Assembly: GCA_021399345.1 (NCBI GenBank)
Contig: JAAFKI010000009.1
Span: 1-34,695, forward strand
DNA: 34,695 nt
Direction of reading: 5' to 3'
Source: Candidatus Heimdallarchaeota archaeon
GTDB lineage: Archaea; Asgardarchaeota; Heimdallarchaeia; Heimdallarchaeales; Heimdallarchaeaceae
Below the pieces are notes generated by a model. That model was not told where the DNA came from. It was given only the letters and a program-made list of their open reading frames with translations, and made no database searches. Each line of letters starts with the position of its first letter. Positions within the stretch are counted from its first letter, which is position 1. A program made the position numbers and the translations under genes. This document shows, in pieces, positions 1 through 8,475 of the stretch.

Positions 1-1545
1 AAGAGGGTATAAATCAACAGAAATAGCGGAACCATCAATTAAGTAAAATACTGCTCCAGACAGGTCGCTCCAGGTATTTCCTTCTAGGGAAACATCATCA
101 AACCATGTGTTCCTAGTTCCATCATCATATGCCTGGGAAGTTCCTCCAAGATTGTTATCTACAAAGGTATTATGGTGAATAAGAGTATTATCAGAATTGG
201 TATTCAAGAAAACTCCATAACCTTCGTTTTCCTGTAAAAGATTGTAAGTAATAATACAAAAATCAGAAGAGCCAATGTTGATACCCAAGTCGCTGTTGCT
301 GCATGTGTTGTTGGTAATTATAGTATTATCAGAAGCATAAAATTCGATAGCAGTCTCATCGTTGTTGCTAAAAGTGTTGTTGACAATAGTAGAACTACCC
401 GAGTGTGAAAGATAGATACCATCCCGGTAGTTGTTATTACAAGTATTGTTAGTTACAGTAGAATTAGCAGATAAGTCAATATAGAGGCCATAACCACCAT
501 TGTTGCATATGTTGTTGTTGATAATAGAATTACCAGAAGAGTGAAGTTCAACACCTGAATTCCAGTTACTGCACGTGTTGTTAGCAATAGTAGAATAAGT
601 AGAATAATGAAGGATGATACCATCGCTATTGTTGCTGAACGTGTTGTTAATAATAACTGAATATACACAGGAGTGGAGAAATAGACCAATTGAAGCACTA
701 TTTATTGCTTGGTCACGTACTGTCACATTAGTACAATTGACTAATATTAATTGCCCATAATTAGGTTCCGCAATGATTGTAAAGTCAAGGTTTGTGTAAA
801 AACCTAGTTTTTTCCCATTCACCCAATTATTCTCAATAGTATATGATAGGAAAGCATCAACGGTATCTATGTATATACGTAAACCACAATTAGTAAAAGT
901 GTTGTTGACAACAGTAGAACTACCCGAGAATATAAGATAGAGGCCATAACCGTCGTTGCTGAACGTGTTGTTGGTAATGATAGAACCACCAGAATACATA
1001 AGTTCGACACCTGCAATATTGTTGTTGCACGTGTTGTTGGTAATAATAGAATTACTAGAAGAGTAAAGATTGATACCCCCCCAGAGGTCGTCATTACAAG
1101 TGTTGTCTATAATAGTAGAACCACCAGAATAGTAAAGATCGATGCCACCTCTGTAGTTGTTGTTGCACGTGTTGTTAACAATGGTTGCCGTACCATAATC
1201 TACATAATAGAGAGAAATTCCGTAATCTACTGCATCAATATAGCAATTTCGAATAACGAAATATTTCGTTGTATCAGAGATATGGATGCCAATTGCATCA
1301 GTCGTTGTAATATTATATCCATCAATAACATAAGGATCAGTTACTATACCTGTTCCAGGAAAACTATAAGTTATGAAATCAGCATCAGAATCTATCACAA
1401 AAGATGCATGAGGTGTTAAGGATAGAATTGTAAAATCTCTGATTTGATCTTGCTTTATACTAGTGTTTCCTCCTTCTATCTGTAAGTTAAATGAAGTAAG
1501 AACTAAACATATAATTGATATTACTAGAAGCGCATTTCTTTTCAT
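1..1545 (-). CDS. Secreted right-handed parallel beta-helix (NosD/PbH1-repeat) protein, 3' end runs off the window
   Basis: Absent from the ORF track; translated by hand from ATG 1545: MKRNALLVISIICLVLTSF (signal peptide) ... PHASFVIDSDADFITYSFPGTGIVTDPYVIDGYNI ... then repeated ~22-aa units (IVNNTCNNNYRGGIDLYYSGGST; IITNNTCNNNIAGVELMYSGGS). The same frame reads ...YLIDGSAISVDLYPL at position 1. Confidence 0.9.
   Translation of the reverse strand, partial: MKRNALLVISIICLVLTSFNLQIEGGNTSIKQDQIRDFTILSLTPHASFVIDSDADFITYSFPGTGIVTDPYVIDGYNITTTDAIGIHISDTTKYFVIRNCYIDAVDYGISLYYVDYGTATIVNNTCNNNYRGGIDLYYSGGSTIIDNTCNDDLWGGINLYSSSNSIITNNTCNNNIAGVELMYSGGSIITNNTFSNDGYGLYLIFSGSSTVVNNTFTNCGLRIYIDTVDAFLSYTIENNWVNGKKLGFYTNLDFTIIAEPNYGQLILVNCTNVTVRDQAINSASIGLFLHSCVYSVIINNTFSNNSDGIILHYSTYSTIANNTCSNWNSGVELHSSGNSIINNNICNNGGYGLYIDLSANSTVTNNTCNNNYRDGIYLSHSGSSTIVNNTFSNNDETAIEFYASDNTIITNNTCSNSDLGINIGSSDFCIITYNLLQENEGYGVFLNTNSDNTLIHHNTFVDNNLGGTSQAYDDGTRNTWFDDVSLEGNTWSDLSGAVFYLIDGSAISVDLYPL
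290..1185 (-). repeat. Intragenic ~66-69 bp degenerate repeats encoding beta-helix coils
   Basis: Recurrent gcacgtgttgtt / gaacgtgttgtt / aaagtgttgtt cores; 369-403 and 894-928 match at 34/35 nt. Confidence 0.8.
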
Positions 1546-1739
1546 TTCTTTTCCCTAAATCCAACCTTATTCATCGAAATTTATAAATGTAGTGGGAAGG
1601 GAATTTTTGGTTTATATTTGTTCTTTCTTTTGATTTTTTGACTTCAACAAACAAAAAAATGCATTACAGTTCTAGATTTGAACATGTAAATTCTAATGAT
1701 AGATACGAAAAGATAGAATCCTAGAGATTTGAGAATTGG

Positions 1740-2009
1740 TTACTCCCTCAATCTTTTAACTTCGTAAACAAGAGGATTCCAAGCATCTGGGCATGCATGG
1801 GTTGAAACATCATCATCTTCTAACCAAGGAAATTTAGCATCATATGCCATAGCATAGACTTTTGGTAAAACTGAATATAACGCATGGAGACATAGTTTCC
1901 CCTTAATCTCATTTTTATCAAAACTGATTAGAATTTCATCTCCTACTTTATGTCCAGCCGCACAAGTTCCTTCCTGCTTGATTACTTTTAATTTAATATC
2001 GTGTGCCAT
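1740..2009 (-). CDS. TIGR04076-family small Cys-containing protein
   Basis: KLKVIKQEGTC..GHKVGDE, LCLHAL and ACPD..NPLVYEV match the family pattern of three conserved Cys. Confidence 0.8.
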   Translation of the reverse strand: MAHDIKLKVIKQEGTCAAGHKVGDEILISFDKNEIKGKLCLHALYSVLPKVYAMAYDAKFPWLEDDDVSTHACPDAWNPLVYEVKRLRE

Positions 2010-2059
2010 AATATTTTCAAATATTTAAGGTTTAAATATCTATTCCTCAATAGTAGTAT

Positions 2060-3124
2060 ATGGATGAAATGATTCAAAGTGATATACTAATAGAGGGAGA
2101 AGGGTTAACTGCAGCTGTTTTATCCTATTATATTTCAACAATGAAACAAGATAAATCCATAAATCTAGTTTTGCATAAAAGGGAAAATATTAGTTCTCCT
2201 ATCTACACTTCTGGAAGTATTTCTCCCATATTTAAGCTTCCAAGTCTATTAATGGAAAAAGTATTCAATAGAACCAAGGAAATAATTGTAGATCTTCACT
2301 CAACAGCATCCTACTTTGAACTCTATCAAAATCCATATCTTGTCCTATACAGGGATAAAAACTCTTTTGCACAGATGATCGAACATAGAGAAAAGCTGTC
2401 AAACACAAATATAAGACATGCTAATTTATCGCTTGAAGAAATAGAAAATTATTATCCTTTCATTAATACAGCTAAAGAAATCTACCTCACAGAAATCTAT
2501 AATTCTTACACTTGTTCAAATCCATATGAGTTGTTTACTACTTATCTGAAGTTAGCAGTTGAAAATGATGTTAAAGTAATTAATGATAACTCTGAAATCA
2601 TAATTAACGATAAAGGAGAAATGGTTACTGAAAACACACAATATATTGCTAGAGATAATACGGTTACAACTTCCATAAATCAATGTCCTGAATCCTTTTT
2701 AAAAAGTAGAAGAATTCTAAAAGTTGTTACTCCAATTTTCGAAAAATTCCCAAGGATTAGTATATATGACATGTCAACCTCATCTGCAATGTGGTTGGAA
2801 GAAGCAGGCTACTTTCACATTTTACAGTCTTTAGGAAGAGAAGATGAGAGAAAGAGCATTAGTAAGGTAAAAAGTGATTTTAGTAAAATATTTTCTTTAT
2901 CAGATTCTCTGGAGATTATTGATTCATATCACACTCAAATCAGTATATGTGATTCAATAAATGATTGGATACAAGTTTCTGCATCAAAAAAGATGTTTCA
3001 CTTCAATATACCTTTACAGTTTGAACTATCAGTAGCTCCAATTCTTGCAAAGAGTTTTTCGCAAAAACTAGACAAAAAAGAGGATTTCAGAGAAGGGCCT
3101 ATATCCATTGAAGAAATCCTTTGA
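2060..3124 (+). CDS. FAD-dependent oxidoreductase (DAO/glycine oxidase)-like protein, degenerate
   Basis: N-terminal Rossmann-like DILIEGEGLTAAVLSYY (GxGxxG degraded to GEGLTA); LSLEEIENYYPFI; C-terminal LSVAPILAK resembling the DAO terminal helix. Confidence 0.55.
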   Translation: MDEMIQSDILIEGEGLTAAVLSYYISTMKQDKSINLVLHKRENISSPIYTSGSISPIFKLPSLLMEKVFNRTKEIIVDLHSTASYFELYQNPYLVLYRDKNSFAQMIEHREKLSNTNIRHANLSLEEIENYYPFINTAKEIYLTEIYNSYTCSNPYELFTTYLKLAVENDVKVINDNSEIIINDKGEMVTENTQYIARDNTVTTSINQCPESFLKSRRILKVVTPIFEKFPRISIYDMSTSSAMWLEEAGYFHILQSLGREDERKSISKVKSDFSKIFSLSDSLEIIDSYHTQISICDSINDWIQVSASKKMFHFNIPLQFELSVAPILAKSFSQKLDKKEDFREGPISIEEIL

Positions 3125-3133
3125 ATTCTTAAT

Positions 3134-5485
3134 TTATTGATAATCCTTGATGAAATTATTAAAATCTATATTTTCATCTTGGCAATACTTTCTAATTGCT
3201 CTTATATGTGATTTGAGAATCAAAGGTGTTAACTTTTCTAATTTATCAGCTTTTTTTGTAGCTTGAAGTAGATTAATTATGATTTCTGAATCAATGCCTT
3301 TGCTCTTTTCTATAAAAGTATTTTTTCGTTTTAGAGATGCTTTTTTCAATTCATTTACCAATTGTATTGAACCATCAAATCCAATATTATTGAGCGCTGT
3401 AACACCAGTTTTTGTATCACCTTCATTTATCATTTTAATGATATCTAACATAATTGAAGTATCCTTTGCTTTTGATAGTAAGATGATAAGTCTAGTCCTT
3501 GTTTTTTCATTCTTCTCCCTATTATATTGGGCTTTAAGGACTGGAATTGCTGATGCACCCATTTTTTCTACAATACGTTGAAGATTTCTAAACCACCTCT
3601 CGTCCTTTGATTGCAGGTTAGAAAATGTCAGTTCAAGAACTTTCGAATCCATTTGACCAATAGCATCTACTGTAGCGTTAACTAAATTATTGTTAGGGGA
3701 ATTAAGATTAGAAAATAACTTCTTTGCAATTGGAGCTCCAATATTTACAGCTGCATAAACAGCTGCATCTCGAACCAATTGTTTTGGTCTTCTCATATTA
3801 TGGATTATAACATCGATAACTCCAGGATCTTTTAACTCTCCTAAAGCACGAGTAGATATTTCAGCAATTACATCATCACTCTTCTTTGCTGCGGTTATTA
3901 GAGTTATTAGAGCTCTTTTATTTTTAATTCTTCTAAGAGATTCAACTGCTTTTCTTCTAACTTGAATATTAGGATCTGCGAGGAGATCCGATAGAGCTGG
4001 AACAGCTTTTGCTCCAAATTGGGGAATTATACTACAACCTTTTTCCCTTATTTCGTGATCGATTTCCCCCAATGATTTTAAAACTATATTGAATATTTCG
4101 TCTTCTTTACTTAGTAATTTTCCTGATCGAATAGCGAAGGAGTACCCAAGATTCTGCAGATCTTCGGTAGGATAGTACAGATATAAGATGATACCCAATT
4201 TTACAACTAGAGAAAGATCGACATCTAGCAAACCATCTAAGCATAAGTCAATATTATCAGAGCCAAAATAGTGTAACACCTCTATAGCGTTCTTTCTTAA
4301 CCTTAAATCATCTTCAATCAGCTCTTCAATTAATACCCTTATTGATGGTGTTCCTAAGGTTAACAAAGCTTCAGTCACAGCTTCTATAATAGAAGGATTC
4401 TTACCTGCTAATTGACCTGTGAGCAATCTTATTGCTCCTACATAGCCATATTTTTCACTCATAACAAGAGTTAAACATTGAGCAGCATTTCTTCTAACGT
4501 TTCTCTTACCTTTATGGAGAGCGGTCATTAAATGATCATAACTTGAATCGCCAATTCTTTTCATAGTCTCTATTATGAAAGGAATATTCTTATCGTCTTC
4601 AAGAGCTGAGATAAGAAAAGGTAGAACATTGTCACCAAGTAAGGCAAGAGATCTAGCTGCATAGTGTGCTAAGGGCTCTCCTTTTTCGAATTGTTCGATT
4701 AGAACTTCACAAGCATTATCATTACCTAAATTCCCTAAAGCCTCGATTATTGCGAGTTTAGTATCAGTTGAATCATTCTTATTTGCAAGTCTTTCTATTA
4801 AGACATCGCTGTTTTTTGGTTCATCAACCAGCATTAGTGCCAAAGAGCCATATTGAATATTTACTTCACTCTTGTCTTTTAAAATAATATCTCTGATATT
4901 TTTGATAATCAGAACGGCTAACTCAGGAAATTTCGTAACTGTAAGAAGAGTTAACTCAGGAAATATAGTAGTAGATTGTTTTATTCTATAGGATAGAATT
5001 TTCTTAATTTCTTTTGCTTGCATAGATATGAAGTTGTAAGTTATAAATGAATCCTCTAGATTAGAAAAATCTGAATCACAAGTTCTCAAGGTAAGTTCTG
5101 TCAGAGTTGACAAGATTGGAACAGTCTTATAAGATTCCTGAATTGATTTAAACAACTGATCTGGTTTAGAAGGAGAAATAATATCATAAATCAAATTAAA
5201 ACTAGAATCATTGGTTAAATATTCATAGAGAATTGGTATGAAATACTTCAGGTTTTTAGTAATTACTTGTTTAATATGCGGATGAGGGTTTTTAAGATAA
5301 AATTCAACTATTTCTTTTGTTGGAATGAATTCCGTACTAAAAATCAAGTCTGAGCTCTTACTTCTTACTCTTTCATCACTATCAGCCATCAACTCAACCA
5401 GTATATTAAGTACTTTGAGATTTCCTAAAGGAATTTCATCGTATTGATTACTTTGAAGATAAGATCGTAAAGTATCTATATTCAA
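3134..5485 (-). CDS. HEAT-repeat (PBS-lyase HEAT-like) alpha-solenoid protein
   Basis: Many HEAT units (AIIEALGNLGNDNACEVLIEQF; AVPALSDLLADPNIQVRRKAVESLRRI; VRDAAVYAAVNIG). TTG start overlaps the GTPase stop (TTGA, 5482-5485). Confidence 0.9.
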   Translation of the reverse strand: MNIDTLRSYLQSNQYDEIPLGNLKVLNILVELMADSDERVRSKSSDLIFSTEFIPTKEIVEFYLKNPHPHIKQVITKNLKYFIPILYEYLTNDSSFNLIYDIISPSKPDQLFKSIQESYKTVPILSTLTELTLRTCDSDFSNLEDSFITYNFISMQAKEIKKILSYRIKQSTTIFPELTLLTVTKFPELAVLIIKNIRDIILKDKSEVNIQYGSLALMLVDEPKNSDVLIERLANKNDSTDTKLAIIEALGNLGNDNACEVLIEQFEKGEPLAHYAARSLALLGDNVLPFLISALEDDKNIPFIIETMKRIGDSSYDHLMTALHKGKRNVRRNAAQCLTLVMSEKYGYVGAIRLLTGQLAGKNPSIIEAVTEALLTLGTPSIRVLIEELIEDDLRLRKNAIEVLHYFGSDNIDLCLDGLLDVDLSLVVKLGIILYLYYPTEDLQNLGYSFAIRSGKLLSKEDEIFNIVLKSLGEIDHEIREKGCSIIPQFGAKAVPALSDLLADPNIQVRRKAVESLRRIKNKRALITLITAAKKSDDVIAEISTRALGELKDPGVIDVIIHNMRRPKQLVRDAAVYAAVNIGAPIAKKLFSNLNSPNNNLVNATVDAIGQMDSKVLELTFSNLQSKDERWFRNLQRIVEKMGASAIPVLKAQYNREKNEKTRTRLIILLSKAKDTSIMLDIIKMINEGDTKTGVTALNNIGFDGSIQLVNELKKASLKRKNTFIEKSKGIDSEIIINLLQATKKADKLEKLTPLILKSHIRAIRKYCQDENIDFNNFIKDYQ

Positions 5486-6081
5486 GTACTCTTCCTCCTC
5501 ATATCTTTCCTAAACTGAATGAAGTCAATAATTTTGGATCCTAGGTTTTCAAAAGCACTGCTGACGTTCTCATCAGTTTTAGCAGATGTTTCAAAGTATT
5601 CCACTTTAAAACCTCTTTCTTTGTATTTCTTGTTCAAAGTTTGAACATAAGTTGAAACTCTAGCTCTAATTTTCTCACGAGTGGCTGGTGATATTAAATC
5701 CATTTTGTTTCCTAAAATAGAGAATGGAACAATTCCTCTCTCGGTTCCTGTTTCTAATTCTGCAATCCATTGATCTAACTTCTTTAAAGTGGTCAATTTC
5801 TTCGCATCAAACACCATCAAAGCCCCCAAAGCACCTTTATAATACATCATGCGAAGGTTCTCAAAGATTTTTTGTCCCGCAATATCCCATATTTGGAAAA
5901 GTACGGAATAATCTTGAACTTTTTTGGGTAGAGAGGCAAAATCAGCACCAATAGTTTGGAGATGTTCTGTGATGAAACCATCACCTAGATATGAACGACG
6001 TAAACTTGTCTTTCCAACCCCAGCTTCACCGGCAAGTATAATCTTCAGGTATAATTTTTGTCCATAACTCAAAATATTCAC
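5482..6081 (-). CDS. Rab-like Ras-superfamily small GTPase
   Basis: G1 GEAGVGKT, G2 TIGADF, G3 WDIAGQ, YYKGA, G4 NKMD, G5 ETSAK. No C-terminal Cys; ends in basic FRKDMRRKST. GTG start. Confidence 0.95.
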   Translation of the reverse strand: MNILSYGQKLYLKIILAGEAGVGKTSLRRSYLGDGFITEHLQTIGADFASLPKKVQDYSVLFQIWDIAGQKIFENLRMMYYKGALGALMVFDAKKLTTLKKLDQWIAELETGTERGIVPFSILGNKMDLISPATREKIRARVSTYVQTLNKKYKERGFKVEYFETSAKTDENVSSAFENLGSKIIDFIQFRKDMRRKST

Positions 6082-6111
6082 TTCTTCTAGTCTGAAAACT
6101 GTTTGTAAATT

Positions 6112-7833
6112 TCAGTGTGCTATATTAGATAATAAATTACCTAATTTAAAGATTTTAGGAAGTACTAGTGAGAGAGTATTAAGAACTAAAATTGAACCAA
6201 AAAACATACTAGAAAGCATTAGAAAAGGATTATTGAGGATAACACCGTTACTAGAAACGAAAATCAAACCTAGTATTAGTTCTGTAGCTATATTGATGAA
6301 AATAGCAGTATGAATTCCAAATTTACAAAAAGCATATCCACAGATTAATCCAACAATAAAGGTGTAGATCATCTTTCCTATATTCCAACCATATATAGGT
6401 TGGACATAGGCATAAGCGATAGAAGAGAAAATCATTAGTATACCAGTTAGTCTATCTACTTTTCCCCACCCTCCTGTCAAATAGAAAAGAAGATTTCCTG
6501 GTTGCCTGCTTTTGATATATCTTACAAGGATAGAAGTTTCATCAACATTCTTAGATTTCGTTCTTGAGCGATATTCAACCAATTTCTGTATAAGATAGAT
6601 AAGACCTCTTATCAGAAAAAGTGGTAATCCAAAAAGAAGTAATCTGAACATGATTTCTTCTCCAAAACCCTCCCAAAATGACTGAGTTAGATGAACAAAA
6701 CTAGTATAGTTCCTTCCATCTGACAAAATAGATCCAAGAACACCTGTATTTTGAAAAATGCTAATGAAGAACAAAGTAGAAAAAAAACTTAGTAATATAA
6801 GCTTCATAACTGATACAGAATTGCTGTTACTTACTCTAGAAAACACCATTTCATATCTTTTTGGTGTTTTAGATTCAATAAGATGTGATGGTACGAAATC
6901 AGATGTTTTAATTTCAGGATTAAGTATTTGAAAAGCTATATCTTCTTGGGTTTTTTCTGCCTTCTTTTCTTTAAACTTCTCAAGATTAGTTTTAATATTC
7001 TCTTCAGTATTTCTCTTTTTCAGAAGAAGAATGGAGAAAGTTAAGCAAATTAAAAGAATTGACAAAATAGCTTGAGTAAGTTTCCAATCAAAAACGATAT
7101 TTGAAGGCAATGATGTCTTCTTGAAAAACTCTTGAGCTAAACCATTTATCGGATCAAAATGATACCAAAAGTTTGGGTAAAAGAAATCTAAACTTGCATC
7201 AGCAACTGAAGCTTTAATTGAAGGATAAAGAATGATAATAATTAGATTACCAACCACAATTACACCAGCTAATCCAATCGCTAGAAAAACGTTGAATTTT
7301 CCTAAATTCTGTTTTAGTTGCTTTGGAAACAAGCCTAAACCATACCTGTCACTTTTACTTTCTATGGGGGTTCTCTTCAGCAATTTACAAATCTTATTCT
7401 CAATTCTAGGAAATAGAAAAACTCCTAGTATTGTACTGATTACAACCAGCTGTAGATTCTCTAGAAATATAGATGAAATTCGAACGAAGATATGCAATTC
7501 TGGAAGATTCAGAAAGGAAACAATAATAGAATAGATTAAAAGAATAAGAAATATTGGCAAAAAAACTATTATAATGTGATTAAGAGAATTGTCTTCAGAT
7601 TCTAGATTCTTTTTGATGAACCATTTTCTTAAGGACCAACCATACAAGAAAAAAAGTATTATTATACCTATAGAGAGAAAAATTGAATTTTTAGAATTAA
7701 CTCCATAAAGTGTAGAATCTGAATTTGCTTCATTCACAGGTAAATACAAATCGAAAACTAAACGGATAATGGAAAAAGAAAATACACTAACAGAAAAAAG
7801 CAAAGAATCTAGAAGAAAACGTCTTTTTTGCAT
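6112..7833 (-). CDS. Multi-pass membrane protein with C-terminal CPBP (Abi/Rce1, type II CAAX protease)-like domain, catalytic His residues apparently lost
   Basis: Motif 1 EEIMFR is present (6643-6660). Expected FxxxH reads AYAYVQ and expected HxxxN reads INIATE. About 10 hydrophobic segments. Confidence 0.7.
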   Translation of the reverse strand: MQKRRFLLDSLLFSVSVFSFSIIRLVFDLYLPVNEANSDSTLYGVNSKNSIFLSIGIIILFFLYGWSLRKWFIKKNLESEDNSLNHIIIVFLPIFLILLIYSIIVSFLNLPELHIFVRISSIFLENLQLVVISTILGVFLFPRIENKICKLLKRTPIESKSDRYGLGLFPKQLKQNLGKFNVFLAIGLAGVIVVGNLIIIILYPSIKASVADASLDFFYPNFWYHFDPINGLAQEFFKKTSLPSNIVFDWKLTQAILSILLICLTFSILLLKKRNTEENIKTNLEKFKEKKAEKTQEDIAFQILNPEIKTSDFVPSHLIESKTPKRYEMVFSRVSNSNSVSVMKLILLSFFSTLFFISIFQNTGVLGSILSDGRNYTSFVHLTQSFWEGFGEEIMFRLLLFGLPLFLIRGLIYLIQKLVEYRSRTKSKNVDETSILVRYIKSRQPGNLLFYLTGGWGKVDRLTGILMIFSSIAYAYVQPIYGWNIGKMIYTFIVGLICGYAFCKFGIHTAIFINIATELILGLIFVSSNGVILNNPFLMLSSMFFGSILVLNTLSLVLPKIFKLGNLLSNIAH

Positions 7834-7910
7834 TTTAATCTACTCGTATAGAAACCTTTCTTGTGAAACAGAAGTCTAGATGTTTATATACATTTATGCT
7901 TCAAAAAATA

Positions 7911-7927
7911 GGAAAAATTTTTAAGCG
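7911..7927 (+). promoter_or_regulatory. Putative archaeal BRE/TATA element for alba
   Basis: ggaaaaatttttaagcg: purine-rich BRE-like run followed by TTTTAAG, upstream of alba in a divergent intergenic region. Confidence 0.4.
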
Positions 7928-7993
7928 TGTTTAATGCCATTTCTATCAATTACTCATAAGCGTAATAATGAAAACTAGTTACAGGTGAATAAA

Positions 7994-8392
7994 ATGAGTG
8001 AAGAAGAAACAATTGAAAAAGAAGAACCTAAGAAAAAAGCTCCTGCTAAGAAGAAAGCTCCTGCTAAGAAGAAAGCTCCTGCCAAAGAAGATACAACAAA
8101 GAAACCTGAGAAACAACAAAGCCAAATAATTTACATCGGCAAGAAAGACACCATAAGTTATGTCTTAGTTGCAGTTACAATACTCAACAAGAGTGACATG
8201 TGTTCAATTCAAGCTCGGGGAAGACAGATTTCAAAGGCCGTAGATATTGCAGAAATTACCAGAAGAAAGTTCTTACAAGACATGATAGAAGTAGATGATG
8301 TTATAATCGGTTCTGAAGAGATAATTTCTGATGAAGAAGGAATACCACCTAAGACAGTCTCAACAATAGATATAATATTGAAGAGGAAATAA
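7994..8392 (+). CDS. albA: DNA/RNA-binding protein Alba with N-terminal acidic and (KKKAPA)3 extension
   Basis: IYIGKK..SYVL, ARGRQISKAVDIAEITRRKFL, IIGSEE, VSTIDIIL. Start is probably ATG 7994: aggtga at 7983-7988 looks like a ribosome-binding site and contains the GTG used by the ORF track. Confidence 0.95.
   Translation: MSEEETIEKEEPKKKAPAKKKAPAKKKAPAKEDTTKKPEKQQSQIIYIGKKDTISYVLVAVTILNKSDMCSIQARGRQISKAVDIAEITRRKFLQDMIEVDDVIIGSEEIISDEEGIPPKTVSTIDIILKRK
8030..8083 (+). repeat. 18-bp tandem repeat x3 encoding KKKAPA
   Basis: aagaaaaaagctcctgct / aagaagaaagctcctgct / aagaagaaagctcctgcc. Confidence 0.95.
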
Positions 8393-8475
8393 ACTTCGTC
8401 TACACAACTTGAGTAAAAACCTTTCTCACATTTTTTACTTATATTGAATATTAGGGCTTTTATCCTCTTATTGGT

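Noticed and set aside
453-1094. ORF-track entries 453..698 and 867..1094
   Set aside because: Alternative-frame shadows of the beta-helix gene 1..1545 (-).
290-1185. AAC-rich repeats as a DGR template/variable region or a CRISPR array
   Set aside because: They are in-frame coding repeats. There is no reverse transcriptase or cas gene in the window, no clear adenine-specific mismatch pair, and no constant repeat-spacer structure.
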